Assembly (NCBI GenBank): GCA_965248995.1 | Contig: CBDFKY010000006.1 | Coordinates: 430,610-494,609 of the forward strand | Direction: 5' to 3' | Source: Rickettsiales bacterium | GTDB lineage: Bacteria > Pseudomonadota > Alphaproteobacteria > Rickettsiales > UBA998 | DNA: 64,000 nucleotides | Part shown: piece by piece, positions 63,845-64,000 of the stretch | Layout: every line of letters begins with the position of its first letter | Numbering within the stretch: position 1 is the first letter of the stretch | The notes under the pieces: model-generated | What the model saw: only the letters and a program-made list of their open reading frames with translations | Database searches by the model: none | Told to the model about the DNA's origin: nothing | Position numbers and translations under genes: made by a program

Positions 63845-64000
63845 ATGGAAAATACACCTGCCGACGACATTGCAGAGGAAACCTTTCATCACTCTTCTCG
63901 TCATGACTTTCTGAATGCGATGATGGAGGCGGCCTTGGAAGGGGGGAGGGAGATCAACCGGCATTTTTCCCTGCGCCAGCACCATGAAGCCGCCGGTGCG
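63845..64000 (+). CDS. 5' fragment of a gene, possibly of the inositol monophosphatase/SuhB family (continues beyond the window)
   Basis: The frame is open from ATG 63845 to the window end. FLNAMMEAALEGGREINRHF resembles IMPase N-termini. Confidence 0.3.
   Translation, partial: MENTPADDIAEETFHHSSRHDFLNAMMEAALEGGREINRHFSLRQHHEAAGA

Overview
This is a 64-kb chromosomal window from what looks like an alphaproteobacterium. The supporting cues are an FlbD-type flagellar regulator, RcGTA-like head-tail genes, dnaG-rpoD and pyrG-secG-tpiA synteny, and a scattered Rickettsiales-vir-homolog (rvh)-style type IV secretion system (T4SS). Hand-counted housekeeping lines are about 55-60% GC, interrupted by several AT-rich islets. 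Contents in order: (1) Flagellar class II block fliF(partial)-fliG-fliH-fliN-flbD-[AT-rich RelA/SpoT-family gene]-flhA(two frameshifts)-flhF-flhG. (2) argH, small lipoprotein, lysA, ilvI (no ilvH), and hslO carrying a 5x15-bp in-frame tandem repeat. (3) An accessory patch: XRE regulator, RTX/T1SS-type Ca-binding protein, DUF1902-HicA toxin-antitoxin pair, a 154-bp inverted-repeat element, and a secreted S1 protease. (4) A 7-gene tightly overlapped lipid-modification operon: FAD oxidoreductase, DUF1365, CFA-synthase-like, chalcone-isomerase-like, MFS, DUF3833 lipoprotein, SDR. (5) A 689-aa orphan, ftsB, lolA, recR, and a 3-gene GTA/phage head-tail joining remnant. (6) secF preceded by virB2 and a second, motif-degenerate virB4. 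(7) ygjP-like, dnaG, rpoD, traB/gumN, pyrG, secG, tpiA, rpsP, and a frameshifted unknown gene. (8) virB3-virB4-3x virB6-like-small lipoprotein. (9) A cNMP-binding/FHA protein next to an orphan Flp pilin, then ribF, 2x DUF192, cysS. No rRNA, tRNA, CRISPR array, integrase or transposase was recognised. Three unrelated families of small structured repeats sit at gene junctions. The candidate I rank highest for novelty is the AT-rich RelA/SpoT-family gene wedged between flbD and flhA, followed by the T4SS architecture with its degenerate VirB4 paralog. All functional calls rest on motif and family recognition by eye; no searches were run.
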